Assembly (NCBI GenBank): GCA_963717865.1
Contig: CAVQXL010000004.1
Span: 1,064,243-1,128,242, forward strand
Direction of reading: 5' to 3'
DNA: 64,000 nucleotides
Source of the DNA: Candidatus Aminicenantes bacterium
GTDB taxonomy: Bacteria; Acidobacteriota; Aminicenantia; Aminicenantales; Saccharicenantaceae
Below the pieces are notes generated by a model that did not search any database, had not been told where the DNA came from, and worked only from the letters and a program-made list of their open reading frames with translations. How positions within the stretch are numbered: position 1 is the first letter of the stretch; each line of letters opens with the position of its first letter. The position numbers were made by a program, and so were the translations under genes. Positions 40,331-51,024 of the stretch are shown here, piece after piece.

Positions 40331-41347
40331 TCAGTCGCCCCCGCCGGTAAATAGAAAATAGTCGTAGACCGTTTTGGAGATCAGGGCGATGGCCTCCTCC
40401 GCGTGATCGGGGTCGGTATCCCGGCTGAGAATGCTCAGCGCCACGTGGCCCGCGCCTCCGGGCAGGACGATGATCCCGCAATCATTGATGGTCCCTCCGA
40501 TGGTTCCCGTCTTATGGGCGACGACCGTATGCCGGGGAAGGAGTCCGCGGATGCGGTTCTCGCCCGTCTGACAGCCGGCCATGACCTTGAAGATATGGTC
40601 GCAGGACGCCGGGTCGAGGATCTCTTTCCGAAAGATCTTTTCGAGAAGGGCGTTGATGGCCATGGGGGTGGCGTGGTCCGCCGGGTTGTCCGCGAAATCG
40701 GCCCGGGCCTCGGCGAGCGCGCCGGAATTCTCGAGGGCCATACGGTCATAGAGGCGAGCGAACTCGTCCTTCGGCATCGACGAGTATTTCCGGGAGTCCC
40801 CGACATAATAATCGAGGAGCAGCTCGCGTATGGTCCTGCCGACCAGGATGTCGTCGATCCCCAGGGAGCGCATGCGGGCGTTGACACGATCGATGCCGAC
40901 CCGGTTCAGGAGGAGGTCGGTGGCCGTGTTGTCGCTCAGCCACATCATCAGGTTGATGAGGTTCTCCACGGAGACGCTGAGGCCGGGGGCCTTGAGGTCG
41001 GAGAGCAGGCTCCCGTCGTAGAACTGGTCGGAGGGCTCGAGGCTCCACATGTCGGACAGGCCGAAGCGGCCGTCCTTGATCTCGGCCATGACCTCGGTCA
41101 GGATGGGGAGCTTGACCACGCTGGCCAACGGGAGGGAAGTATCGCCGTTGACCGAGAATCCCTCGCCGGATTCCAGGTGTTTGACCGCCACGCCGATCGT
41201 GCCTTTTGAGCTTGCGACGATCGATTCGACGACGCCTTGGACGCGGTCGAACGCGGCAGGCTTTTCGGCCGCGAGAAGAACGATGGCGAGCGTTCCGAAC
41301 AGGACAGTGAACATCGCGGCAGCTGTCAGCCGTTTCCGTGGGCTCAT
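40331..41347 (-). CDS. Class A beta-lactamase-fold serine hydrolase (secreted)
   Basis: GGAGG SD and TM/signal sequence. Motifs are SVVK (SxxK), SDN and KTG. Confidence 0.75.
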   Translation of the reverse strand: MSPRKRLTAAAMFTVLFGTLAIVLLAAEKPAAFDRVQGVVESIVASSKGTIGVAVKHLESGEGFSVNGDTSLPLASVVKLPILTEVMAEIKDGRFGLSDMWSLEPSDQFYDGSLLSDLKAPGLSVSVENLINLMMWLSDNTATDLLLNRVGIDRVNARMRSLGIDDILVGRTIRELLLDYYVGDSRKYSSMPKDEFARLYDRMALENSGALAEARADFADNPADHATPMAINALLEKIFRKEILDPASCDHIFKVMAGCQTGENRIRGLLPRHTVVAHKTGTIGGTINDCGIIVLPGGAGHVALSILSRDTDPDHAEEAIALISKTVYDYFLFTGGGD

Positions 41348-41477
41348 GAATACCTCCTCGACGCGGGATCGCTCCTCAGTGTAAGGCCTGGGCGCGCGAT
41401 TGGCAACCGGATTCCTGGGGGGTGAGGCGACGGACCCGGAGGCTGCCCGGCGTCGCGCCGTCCCCGGGAGGCTCCGC

Positions 41478-42053
41478 TCAGCTCCCGGCGAGCTCTTCGG
41501 CGAGGGCGTGGTACTTTTCGTGGACGCCCGCGCCCGTCTCCTCGGCCTCGACACGGGCAAACGCCGCGGCCAGGGCCTTCTGGTCTTCGGCGGTGAGGAG
41601 TTTATCGGCCATCGGGTAGAGGATGTTGTCCTCTTTGCCGATATGGGCCCGGAGCAGGTCGACATAGCCCGCCAGGCCGTCCTTGAGAGCCTGAAGCGCG
41701 CGCCGGTCGCCCTGGGCGGCCAGGGGGAGGGCGTCGGCCGCGGTCCTCACCAGGCGGCGTCCCTCCTCGTGCTCACGGAGCATGACGGCCAGCGGTCCTC
41801 CGCTCAGGGGCATGCCGCGCTCGCTCATCTTGACGAAGAGGCGTTTCTCCTCTTTGGCATGGTGGCAGGCGTCCGCGAAGTTCCGGACGAAGTCGAGGAT
41901 CTTCAGAATGACGTCCTCGCGCACCGAGCCCGTGCGGGCGATGGTGTCGATCTCCCGTTTCGCGGCGTCCAAAACCTTCAGGATGATCCGATGCTCGTTC
42001 ACCAGTTCTTCGGTCGGGGTCATAGGACCCTCCTCGATCGGAATCGCTGACAT
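41478..42053 (-). CDS. Hemerythrin (HHE cation-binding) domain protein
   Basis: LVNEHRII, CHHAKEE, MLREHEEG and HIGKEDNILYP motifs; 191 aa. Confidence 0.75.
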   Translation of the reverse strand: MSAIPIEEGPMTPTEELVNEHRIILKVLDAAKREIDTIARTGSVREDVILKILDFVRNFADACHHAKEEKRLFVKMSERGMPLSGGPLAVMLREHEEGRRLVRTAADALPLAAQGDRRALQALKDGLAGYVDLLRAHIGKEDNILYPMADKLLTAEDQKALAAAFARVEAEETGAGVHEKYHALAEELAGS

Positions 42054-42215
42054 ATTGATTATAGCGATTTCACCGGTTCTTGTAACGGTTTCCGTGCGGG
42101 ACCGGCGGACTCTTCGATGAAGGCTCGTAATACGGCTTTCCGGCCGGCACGGCTGTTCGCCCGCCTTGTTTGTCTTTTGCCCCCCGCGTCCTCAAGAAAT
42201 CCCGGATCTCCCAGC

Positions 42216-43487
42216 CTATTTGAGCCGGCGGACAGCGGGAATGAAAAGCCAGACGAGCAGGGCATAGCCGAGGGTGATGGAGGAGCCTATGAAGACGGCC
42301 GTCGCCTCGCTGGTCCGCTCCGCGACCGTACCGACCCATAGGGCACCGAGGGGCAAGATCCCGAAGAAGACGAGGCTGTAGATGCCCATGACGCGGCCGC
42401 GGAGCGCTTCGGGGACCTGGGTCTGGACGAGGGAATTGCAGAGATTGAAGATGAAGATCTGGGCGATGCCGACCCCGAAAAGGGTCAGCAGGGAGAGAGG
42501 AAGCCAATGGATGAGCGAGAAGACGATGAGCAGGCCGGGAAAGGCGAAGGTCCCGAGCGTCAGGAGCCGTCCCCGGAACTCGAACCGGCCGAGAGAGGCA
42601 ATGAGGAGGGAGCCGAGAAGGGCGCCGGCGCCCCGGGCCGACTGGAGGAGGCCGTTGGTCGTGGCGTCTCCTCCGAGGACCTTGACGGCCCAGGCCGGCA
42701 CGAGCGTCGCGAATGCCAGGCCGAATCCGCTGACGACGCCGATCGTCGCGATGAGAGCACGGATCGTCTTGTGCCGGAGCACGAAACGGACCCCTTCGCG
42801 GAGCTCTCCGGCGACGGTCGCGACGCGGGCCCTGGGGACGAACGGCTTGAGGCGCATCGAGGCCAGGGCGACGATCACGGCGATGAACGACAGGCCGTTG
42901 ATGACGAAACACCAGGCCGGCCCGAACAGGGCGTAGGTCACGCCGGCGACGGCGGGGCCGACCGCCGTGGCGGTGTTGAACATGGCGCCGTTCAAGGCGA
43001 TGGCGTTGGTCAGGTCCACGGGCTCGACCATCTCCAGGACGAAAGCCTGGCGGGCCGGGGCGTCGAACGCGTTGGCGATGCCCATCCCGAAGGACAGGAG
43101 GAGGACGTGCCACGGCCGGACGACGTGGAGGAAGGCCAGCAAGGCCAGGGCGAAGGCCAGGACCATCATACAGGTCTGGGTGACGATGAGCAGCTTGCGG
43201 CGCGGGACGCGGTCCGCCACGACGCCGGCGTAGAGCATAAAAAGCCAGGTCGGAACGCCGTTGGCGAAGCCGAGGAGGCCGAGATAGGCCGGGGACTTCG
43301 TCAGCTGATAGATGAGGAACCCCTGGGCCGTGATCTGCATCCAGGAGCCGAACAGGGAGGTCATCTGTCCCCAGAACCAGAGCTTGTAGTTCCTGTAACG
43401 CAGGGCCGCGAACGTCTGCTTCCAGCTCATCCGGCGGCTCAGGCCGATCAGCTTTTCGGCTATGAAGAGCTTTGGCTTGGGGGACAT
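42216..43487 (-). CDS. MFS transporter (EntS/MFS_3-like)
   Basis: FAALRYRNYKLWFWGQMTSLFGSWMQ N-terminal signature and about 12 hydrophobic segments. Confidence 0.8.
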   Translation of the reverse strand: MSPKPKLFIAEKLIGLSRRMSWKQTFAALRYRNYKLWFWGQMTSLFGSWMQITAQGFLIYQLTKSPAYLGLLGFANGVPTWLFMLYAGVVADRVPRRKLLIVTQTCMMVLAFALALLAFLHVVRPWHVLLLSFGMGIANAFDAPARQAFVLEMVEPVDLTNAIALNGAMFNTATAVGPAVAGVTYALFGPAWCFVINGLSFIAVIVALASMRLKPFVPRARVATVAGELREGVRFVLRHKTIRALIATIGVVSGFGLAFATLVPAWAVKVLGGDATTNGLLQSARGAGALLGSLLIASLGRFEFRGRLLTLGTFAFPGLLIVFSLIHWLPLSLLTLFGVGIAQIFIFNLCNSLVQTQVPEALRGRVMGIYSLVFFGILPLGALWVGTVAERTSEATAVFIGSSITLGYALLVWLFIPAVRRLK

Positions 43488-43523
43488 CCTCCGTTTTCCT
43501 CCGGGCGGCGGCCGCCGGGTGCG

Positions 43524-43958
43524 CTACAGCGCGTGCCCCGTACCGCGGTGGCACGAGGTGCACCTGAGGCTTTTCCGGTCATGGTTCCTCAAGATCGGAT
43601 CCACCATCGCGGCATGACAGGCCACGCAGTTCTCCTGAAGGTTGCGCAGATCGCCCGGCGTGATCCGGAGATGTTGGACGTTCTCGAAGGTGAAGGCCCA
43701 GGAATGGCGGAATCCGTTCTCTCCCTTGGCCATGTATTTCCGGAGGAAGTCGTGCGGGATGTGACAGTCGTTGCACGGGACCGAGCGGTGGCTGGAGACG
43801 CGCCAGCTTTCATAATTGTCCCGCATGATGTGGCAATTGACGCAGGCCTCGGGTTTGTTGGAGAGATAGGAAAAGCCCCGGGCGTACCAGAACGTGTAGG
43901 CGCCCGCTCCGGCGGCGATCCCGAGTCCCAGGGCGATCGCGGCGAGGGGAGCCTTCAG
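43524..43958 (-). CDS. nrfH: Tetraheme NrfH-type cytochrome c quinol dehydrogenase subunit
   Basis: Four CxxCH motifs (CVNCH, CNDCH, CVACH, CTSCH), preceded by the TM helix LKAPLAAIALGLGIAAGAGAY. The frame opens only 4 codons upstream. There is no ATG/GTG/TTG before heme 1. The likely start is the CTG at 43956-43958, overlapping the nrfA stop. Confidence 0.7.
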   Translation of the reverse strand: MKAPLAAIALGLGIAAGAGAYTFWYARGFSYLSNKPEACVNCHIMRDNYESWRVSSHRSVPCNDCHIPHDFLRKYMAKGENGFRHSWAFTFENVQHLRITPGDLRNLQENCVACHAAMVDPILRNHDRKSLRCTSCHRGTGHAL

Positions 43959-45283
43959 CGTCGCCCTCCTTCAGGCGGCGTTTCGGGCCGGACGAGGGCC
44001 CGGACGGCCGAGATCTCGCATTGCCGGGCATAGTCGATGGCGTCGCCTAGGACCCGCGCGGCTTCCTGGGGGCTATGAAATCCCATGCTGTTCTCGGCGC
44101 TCAGGAAATCCCAGCGGATGAACGCCTTGCGGTGCAGGGCCCGGGCCTCGGCCAGGCCCGCGTCGGGGACCCCGGCGGCTATGGCCGCCATGATCGCGTC
44201 CTGGGCTTCGACGAGAGCCTTCTCGGCCCGGGTCAGGAGCTCGAAGGTCCGGTCCTGGATCTCGAGGACCCTCGCCCTGAGCTCGGATTCGGGCAGGCGA
44301 TGACAACCGCCGCAGGCGTTGACGGGGTTCGACAACGGCGTCCGTATCCAGTGGTCGGTGATCTTGACGGCCCCCTCCTTCTTGTAGGGCATATGGCAGT
44401 CGGCGCAGGAGACCCCCGACCGGGCGTGGATCCCGCTCGACCAGAGCTCGAACTCCGAGTGCTGCATCTTGACGAGAGGCGCCCTCGTCTCGGCGTGTTC
44501 CCAGTCCTTGAATCCGATCTCGTCGTAATAGCTTTCGATGTCCTCGATGCGCAGGCCCTTGGCCCAGGGGAACGTCAGGTATTTTCCGGGGCCCTTGAAA
44601 TAGTATTCGACGTGGCACTGGGCGCAGACGTAGGTCCGCATGTCCATGTGGCTCGCTTTGGCGATATCGACGCCGCGCGCCGCCATGGCCTCCTTGAAGG
44701 CGGGCCGGGTGGTTTGCAGGGCCTGCGTGCCGGCGTCGTGACAGTCGGCGCAGGAGATGGAGAACCGGATGCCGTAGGCGGACAGGAGCTCCTTGACCGG
44801 CGTGGCGTAGAACTTTTCCGGGCCGAGGGACTTCATGAGGCCCGGGACCTGACTGCTCTTGCAGGTCATGCAGGTCCCCGGCTTGGCGTCGCCGAGCCGC
44901 TTGGTGGCCAGCATGTCCTCGATGCCGCGCAGGTGGCCGCGCTCCTCCCGGTATTCCACCGCGAACGGGTAGCCGGCGAACAGGCGCTTGAGGTCGGGAT
45001 ATCGGTCGAGCCTGGAGAAAGCCTCCGAGCCTCCGTATCTTCCGTATTCACTGTATTTCGTGAGCTCGGAGGTGTTCATCGTCCTCTTGTAGGCGTCGTA
45101 CTCGGCCGGAAAGTTCCGGCCCCAGACCGCCGGGTCGGGCTCGTCGACGGCGATCTCCACGACCTTGACGAAGGTCGTGCGGGCTTCCTGCTTGTGCTCG
45201 AAGATCGAGACGAGAAGGGCCAGGATGGAAAAGACGATCGCCGCCGCGCCGACACCGAGGAACAGGAACCCGCGCTTGGACAT
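43955..45283 (-). CDS. nrfA: Pentaheme cytochrome c nitrite reductase (ammonia-forming)
   Basis: Active-site CxxCK (CMTCK) plus four CxxCH (CADCH, CAQCH, CADCH, CGGCH). N-terminal anchor and AAGGAGG SD. Confidence 0.85.
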   Translation of the reverse strand: MSKRGFLFLGVGAAAIVFSILALLVSIFEHKQEARTTFVKVVEIAVDEPDPAVWGRNFPAEYDAYKRTMNTSELTKYSEYGRYGGSEAFSRLDRYPDLKRLFAGYPFAVEYREERGHLRGIEDMLATKRLGDAKPGTCMTCKSSQVPGLMKSLGPEKFYATPVKELLSAYGIRFSISCADCHDAGTQALQTTRPAFKEAMAARGVDIAKASHMDMRTYVCAQCHVEYYFKGPGKYLTFPWAKGLRIEDIESYYDEIGFKDWEHAETRAPLVKMQHSEFELWSSGIHARSGVSCADCHMPYKKEGAVKITDHWIRTPLSNPVNACGGCHRLPESELRARVLEIQDRTFELLTRAEKALVEAQDAIMAAIAAGVPDAGLAEARALHRKAFIRWDFLSAENSMGFHSPQEAARVLGDAIDYARQCEISAVRALVRPETPPEGGRR

Positions 45284-45350
45284 CTTGCCTCCTTGAACCG
45301 CCGTTTCAATATACCGAAAAGCCGTGTCGAAATCCAGGGGGAGGAGCCGG

Positions 45351-45719
45351 TCAGGAGCCCGGAAGGATCTCTTCGTCCTCCGACCGCCAGGCCGGGTCCA
45401 CGATGCAGAGGAACGCGAGGTCGGACCGCCCCGGGTTTTCGATGAACTGGACGGAGCCGGGGGGGATATAAACGGCCTGGCCCGGGCGGACCTTTTCGGA
45501 TTCGTCGCCGACGTGCATGATGCCGTGCCCGGCCAGGATATAATAGACTTCCGCGGTCGCGAGACGGTGGGGGAGGGTCGCCTTTCGGGGTTTGACGACG
45601 GCGTGGGCCAGACTGTAACGGACGGCGGCCCGGTCCTTGTCCGGATGGAGGAGCTCGCGCAGGACGGCCTTGTCCCCGGAGATGAAGCGGCGGCTTTTCC
45701 CGAGATCCCGGATCAACAT
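45351..45719 (-). CDS. Cupin-domain protein
   Basis: Start at MLIRDLGK (45717-45719). The longer ORF would run through the tRNA gene. Cupin core is HRLATAEVYYILAGHG...GQAVYIPPG. Confidence 0.65.
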   Translation of the reverse strand: MLIRDLGKSRRFISGDKAVLRELLHPDKDRAAVRYSLAHAVVKPRKATLPHRLATAEVYYILAGHGIMHVGDESEKVRPGQAVYIPPGSVQFIENPGRSDLAFLCIVDPAWRSEDEEILPGS

Positions 45720-45732
45720 GGGAATGTTCGAA

Positions 45733-45809
<77 letters not shown>

Positions 45810-45933
45810 GAAGGCCGTATTATAAACGAGTCCGCCGCTTCTGTCCAGCAAAACGATTCGCGGGGCTTTCCTTTCCTTCCGGCCCCTCCTGAGCTATCAT
45901 AGAGGGCCGAATGCCAAAGACCATGGAGGAACA

Positions 45934-48102
45934 ATGAGATACAGAAGGAGCGGGACGATAGGGCTCGTCCTCGGCCTGGTCCTCATCGTCGTCGGTGCTG
46001 CCGCCCATGGCAGCCATGGCGACGATGAGGGCATGTGGATGCCTCACCAGATGAAAGATCTCGAGCTCAAGGCCAAAGGGCTCAGGATGGACCCGGCCGA
46101 TCTCTATAAGACGGACGGCACCGGCCTGATGAGCGCCGTCGTCAACCTCGGCGGCGGGACGGGCGAATTCGTCAGCGCCGACGGCCTTATCCTGACCAAT
46201 CACCACGTGGCGTTCGGCGCCATCCAAAGGGCCTCGAGCAAGGATAAGGACTACATCACGAACGGCTTCACGGCCATGACCCGGGAACAGGAGATCCCCG
46301 CCCAGGGATACACGGCCGACGTCCTGCTCGGCTACGAGGACGTCACCGGGAAGGTGCTGGCAAGGATCAAGCCGGGGCTCACGCCGCGCCAGCGGTACGA
46401 TGCCCTGGAGAAGATCGCCAAGGAGCTCGTCGCCGGGGCCGAGAAGGGCGCCCGCGACCTTCGATGCGCCGTCGCCGCGATGTACAGCGGGAACCGCTAT
46501 TACCTTTTCACTTACAAGCGCATCCGGGACGTCCGGCTGGTCCTGGCCCCGCCCCAGGCCCTCGGGAATTTCGGAGGCGAGGTGGACAATTGGATGTGGC
46601 CGCGTCACACCTGCGATTTCTCGTTCCTCCGGGCCTACGTCGGGACGGACGGGACAGGCGCCGAGTTCAGCCCCGGGAACATCCCCTACAGGCCGCGCTC
46701 CATCCTGAAGATCTCGCTCGAAGGCTTCAAGCCGGGCGACTTCACGTTCGTCATGGGATATCCCGGACGGACGGCGCGGAACTCGGCCATCGCCGAGCTC
46801 AGGTCCGAGATGGCGTCCATGGCCAAGCGGATCAAGGATATGCAGGATACGGCATCCTTCTTCGAGGACGCCGGAAGAGCCGACAAGGAAGTCGAGATCC
46901 GTTATGCGAGCCGGGTCAAGGGAACCTACAACGGCCTCAAGAACTTCCAGGGCAAGCTGGAAGGGATGGAAAAGATCGACCTCATCGGCCGTAAGGCCGC
47001 CCAGGAAAAAGAGTTCCTCTCCTGGGTCGGCGCGGACCCCGAACGGCAAAAGAAATACGGCAGGATCCTGGACGACATCGCCGCCTTCATGGCGCGGGCC
47101 GACGCTTTTTCGTCCAGGAACGAGGCCCTGACCGGCGCCGCCGCGGCCTCGACGCTTCTCTCCCAGGCCACGACGATCGTCCGGGCCGTCCGGGAATTCC
47201 AGAAGCCGGACAAGGACCGGGAGCCCCAGTTCCAGGAGCGGAACAAGCCTTACATACGGATGGGCATCCAGCTGGCCGAGAGAGGCTATGTGCTCGCAAC
47301 CGACCGCGCGTTCCTGAAGCATAATCTCAGGAAGATGCTGTCCCTTCCGGCCGACCAGGTGCCCGTCGCCCTGCGCGGCGTCGTCAAGCCGGGCAACGAG
47401 TCGGGCATCGACGCCTACGTGGACGGGCTCTATGAGAAGACGGTCCTCGCGAGCCCGGAAAAAAGGCTCGAGCTCCTGGCCCTGAAGCCCGCCGCCCTGG
47501 CCGCTGTCGGAGACCCGCTCATCGGGCTCGCCACGGAGCTCGAACAGGAGGCCAAGATCGTCCGCGAGGAGGGCAAGGCCGTCTCCCAGGAGCGCCTGGA
47601 CCTCCGGAAGGTCTATGAAGAAGCCCTCCTCGAAAGGGCCCAGGGCCGGCATGCCCCCGACGCCAACGGGACGATCCGCTTTACCTGCGGCCCCGTCGAG
47701 GGGTACTCCCCGAAAGACGCTGTGTATTACGAACCCCAGACGACGCTGACGGGCGTCATCGAAAAAGAGACCGGAACATTTCCGTTCGCGGTTCCGGACG
47801 GGATCAAGAAGCTTCGGGCCGCGAGGGACTTCGGGCCCTATATGGACGCGCGGCTCAAGGATGTCCCCGCCTGCTTCCTCAACACCACGAACGTCACGGG
47901 AGGCAATTCGGGCTCGCCGACCTTCAACGCGAAAGGAGAGCAGATCGGCATCATCTTCGACATGACCTACGAAAGCGTCATCGGCGATTATTTCGTCATC
48001 CCGGAGCTCCAGCGCTCGATCAGCGTCGACATCCGCTGGGTCCTGTTCGTCGCGGACAAGTTCGCCGGCGCCTCGCCGGTCATCCGGGAGCTCGGGCTCT
48101 GA
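45934..48102 (+). CDS. S46-family dipeptidyl-peptidase (DPP7/DPP11-like)
   Basis: Signal peptide. Motifs are LILTNHHVAFG (catalytic His) and GGNSGSPTFN (catalytic Ser). 722 codons uninterrupted. Confidence 0.85.
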   Translation: MRYRRSGTIGLVLGLVLIVVGAAAHGSHGDDEGMWMPHQMKDLELKAKGLRMDPADLYKTDGTGLMSAVVNLGGGTGEFVSADGLILTNHHVAFGAIQRASSKDKDYITNGFTAMTREQEIPAQGYTADVLLGYEDVTGKVLARIKPGLTPRQRYDALEKIAKELVAGAEKGARDLRCAVAAMYSGNRYYLFTYKRIRDVRLVLAPPQALGNFGGEVDNWMWPRHTCDFSFLRAYVGTDGTGAEFSPGNIPYRPRSILKISLEGFKPGDFTFVMGYPGRTARNSAIAELRSEMASMAKRIKDMQDTASFFEDAGRADKEVEIRYASRVKGTYNGLKNFQGKLEGMEKIDLIGRKAAQEKEFLSWVGADPERQKKYGRILDDIAAFMARADAFSSRNEALTGAAAASTLLSQATTIVRAVREFQKPDKDREPQFQERNKPYIRMGIQLAERGYVLATDRAFLKHNLRKMLSLPADQVPVALRGVVKPGNESGIDAYVDGLYEKTVLASPEKRLELLALKPAALAAVGDPLIGLATELEQEAKIVREEGKAVSQERLDLRKVYEEALLERAQGRHAPDANGTIRFTCGPVEGYSPKDAVYYEPQTTLTGVIEKETGTFPFAVPDGIKKLRAARDFGPYMDARLKDVPACFLNTTNVTGGNSGSPTFNAKGEQIGIIFDMTYESVIGDYFVIPELQRSISVDIRWVLFVADKFAGASPVIRELGL

Positions 48103-48221
48103 GCGCCGGTCGGCCGGGGCTCCCGCTCCGGGCGGGGGCGATTTGCTATAATGGAAGCCCCCGGCCGCGGGCCGGGAACCGATGAATAGAGACCGAAGAC
48201 AGAGATAGAAGACCTTTTCCC

Positions 48222-50142
48222 ATGATCGTCGTCGACAACCTGTCCAAGAGCTACGCGAAGCAGACCCTCTTCGAGAGCATTTCGCTTCAAGGTCAACAGG
48301 AAGGAGCGCGTCGGGGTCGTCGGCCGCAACGGACATGGGAAGACGACGCTCTTTCGCCTGATCACCGGCGAGGAGGAAGCCGATTCGGGCACGATCACGA
48401 TGCCCAGGAACTACCGGATCGGCTACGTCGACCAGAGGCTGGACTTCCGGGCCGACACCGTCCGGGACGAAGCGTCGCGCGGCCTGGGCGCCGAAGCTTC
48501 GGGCGAAATGTGGCGGGTGGAGAAGGTGCTCGCCGGCCTGGGCTTCGACCCCGAGACGCTCGACCGTCCCCCGGCCGAGCTTTCCGGCGGCTTCCAGGTC
48601 CGGCTCAACCTGGCCCAGGTCCTGCTCTCCGACAACCAGCTGCTCCTCCTCGACGAGCCCAACAATTATCTCGACATCACCTCCATCCGCTGGCTCGAAC
48701 GGTTCCTCATCGACTGGCCCGGCGAGCTCATGCTGATCACCCACGACCGCAGCTTCATGGACAAGGTCGTGACCCACGTCCTGGGCATCCATCGGAGGAA
48801 GGCCCGCAAGATCGCCGGGGACACGGCGAAGTACTATTCCCAGATCGCCCAGGAAGAGGAGATCTACGAGAAGACCCGCCAGTCAACGACGAGCGGAAGC
48901 GGAAGGAGATGGACCTCTTCATCACCCGGTTCCGGGCCAAGGCCAGGCTCGCCGGGACTCGTCCAGTCGCGGGTCAAGAGCCTGGAGAAGATGGAGAAGA
49001 AGGACAAGCTCACAGGCCATCAAGGACCTCGAGTTCACCTTCACCGAGAAGCCGTTCCACCACAAGTACGCCATGAGCCCTGGACGGCGTGACCTTCGGC
49101 TACGAGCCGGGGAAAGCCCCTCATCCAGGACTTCACCCTGACCATCGGGGCCCGCGACCGGGTCTTCGTCATCGGGCAGGAACGGCAAGGGAAAGACGAC
49201 CCTGCTCAAGCTCCTGGCGGGGGTCCTCGAGCCCGGGGCGGGGGAGGTCACGTCGCCCGCAATCCGTGGCCATAGGCTATTTCGAGCAGACGAACGTCTC
49301 GAGCCTCGTCGACACGAACACGGTCCTCGACGAGGTCGCTTCCGCCAACGTCGCCGAGGACCCGAAGCTTCCGAGGCTCATCGCCGGGGCCATGATGTTC
49401 GAGGGCGACGACGCCCTCAAGCCCGTCCGCGTCCTCTCCGGCGGGGAGAAGAGCCGGGTGATGCTCGGAAAGCTCATCGCCACTCCGGTCAACCTGCTTC
49501 TCCTCGACGAGCCGACGAACCACCTCGACCTCGAATCGAGCGACGCCCTGCTCGAGGCCCTCGACGATTTCGACGGGGCGGTGATCATGGTCACCCACAA
49601 CGAGATGTTCCTCCACGCCCTGGCCGAGCGGCTGGTCGTCTTCCAGAACGGCGGGATGCACGGTCTACGAGGGCGGCTACCAGCGGTTCCTGGACAAGGT
49701 CGGCTGGAAGGAGGAGGAGGAGCGGCCTCGGGAAAGGACGCCAGTCCGAGCCACGGAAGTCCCCGGCCGACCAGGAGGAACCCCAGGGAGATCCGGAAGC
49801 TCCGGTCCGGGATCATCGCCGAGCGCTCCCGGGTCCTGAGGCCCCTGGAAAAGAGGATGTCCGAGAGTCGAAGGCCGAGATCGAGCGAAACGACACCGAG
49901 CTCCGGAGGATGAACGAGGCCATCGTCGAGGCCTCCCGGGCGAAGGACGGGATCCGGGTCGTCGAGCTGTCCGAAGTCCATGCACCAGACCAAGTCCTCG
50001 ACTCGACAGGCTCTTCAAGGAGCTGGAATGGCTGACCAGGGAGCACGATGAGAAGGAAGCGGCGTTCGTGGAGAAGCTCAAGGCCCTCGGCGAGGACGCG
50101 GATCCCGAGGCCGGCCCCGGCGGGCCGTCCGGCCGCGTTTGA
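48222..50142 (+). pseudogene. ABC-F family ATPase (two ABC domains), about 10 frame changes
   Basis: Walker A GRNGHGKTTLF and GRNGKGKTTLL. Signatures LSGGFQVRLNLAQ and LSGGEKSRVMLGK. Walker B LLLLDEPNNYLD and LLLLDEPTNHLD. Pieces switch frame near 48290, 48882, 48955, 49015, 49080 and further on. Confidence 0.8.
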
Positions 50143-50191
50143 CTTGGATGAAACCCGTCTGGTATAAGCAGAAAGGGATATCGGAACGCCC

Positions 50192-51007
50192 ATGACCGCG
50201 AACGGTCGGAGAATCCTGTCGGCCCTTGCTCTCGTCGCGGCTGGCGGCCTGTTTCCCGGCCTGCTCCCGGGCGAACACGGAGACCGAGATCATCGTCGCC
50301 GGATCGACGAGCGTCCAGCCGTTCGCCGACCGCTGGGCCGAGGCCTTCCTGCGATCCAGGCCGGGCTGTTTCGTCAACGTCCAGGGCGGGGGTTCGAGCG
50401 CCGGGATCCAGGCCGCCATCTCCGGGGCCGCCGACATCGGGACATCCTCCCGGGAGCTCAAGGCCGACGAGAAGGACCTGAACGAGATCGTCGTCGCCCG
50501 GGACGGCTTGGCCGTCATCGTCCATCCCGTCCAATCCGGTCCGCGGGCTCAGCCTGACGGAGGTCAGCCAGGTGTTCACCGGCGAGATCCCCAGCTGGAA
50601 GTACCTCGGCTGGGAGGACCGGCCGATCACGGTCGTGACCCGGGAGGAGGGTTCCGGGACCCGCGGGGCGTTCCAGGAGCTCGTCATGGGGAAGGAGAGG
50701 ATCGCCCGGGGCGCCATCGTCGAGGATTCGAACGGGACCGTCCGGGAGATCGTCGCCGGAGACCCCAATGCCGATCGGGTACATCTCTCTCGGCCTCGTG
50801 AGCGACCGGGTCCGGGCGCTCCCGCTCGACGGCGTCGTCCCCGGCGAAGCGACCATCCGGGACGGGACGTACAAGCTCGTCCGGCCCGTTCCTTTTCGTG
50901 ACCCGGGGCGACCCGGCCGGGATGTGCCGGGGACTTCATCGATTTCGTCCTGTCGCCCGAAGGCCAGGAGCTCGATCCGCAAGGAGGGCCTGTTGCCGGT
51001 CCGGTGA
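50192..51007 (+). pseudogene. pstS: Phosphate ABC transporter substrate-binding protein, multiple frame changes
   Basis: IIVAGSTSVQPFADRWAEAF, QGGGSSAGI, VARDGLAVIVHP, TREEGSGTRGAF and FIDFVLSPEGQ are spread over all three frames. Confidence 0.8.
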
Positions 51008-51024
51008 CGCACGGGGACCGCGGC

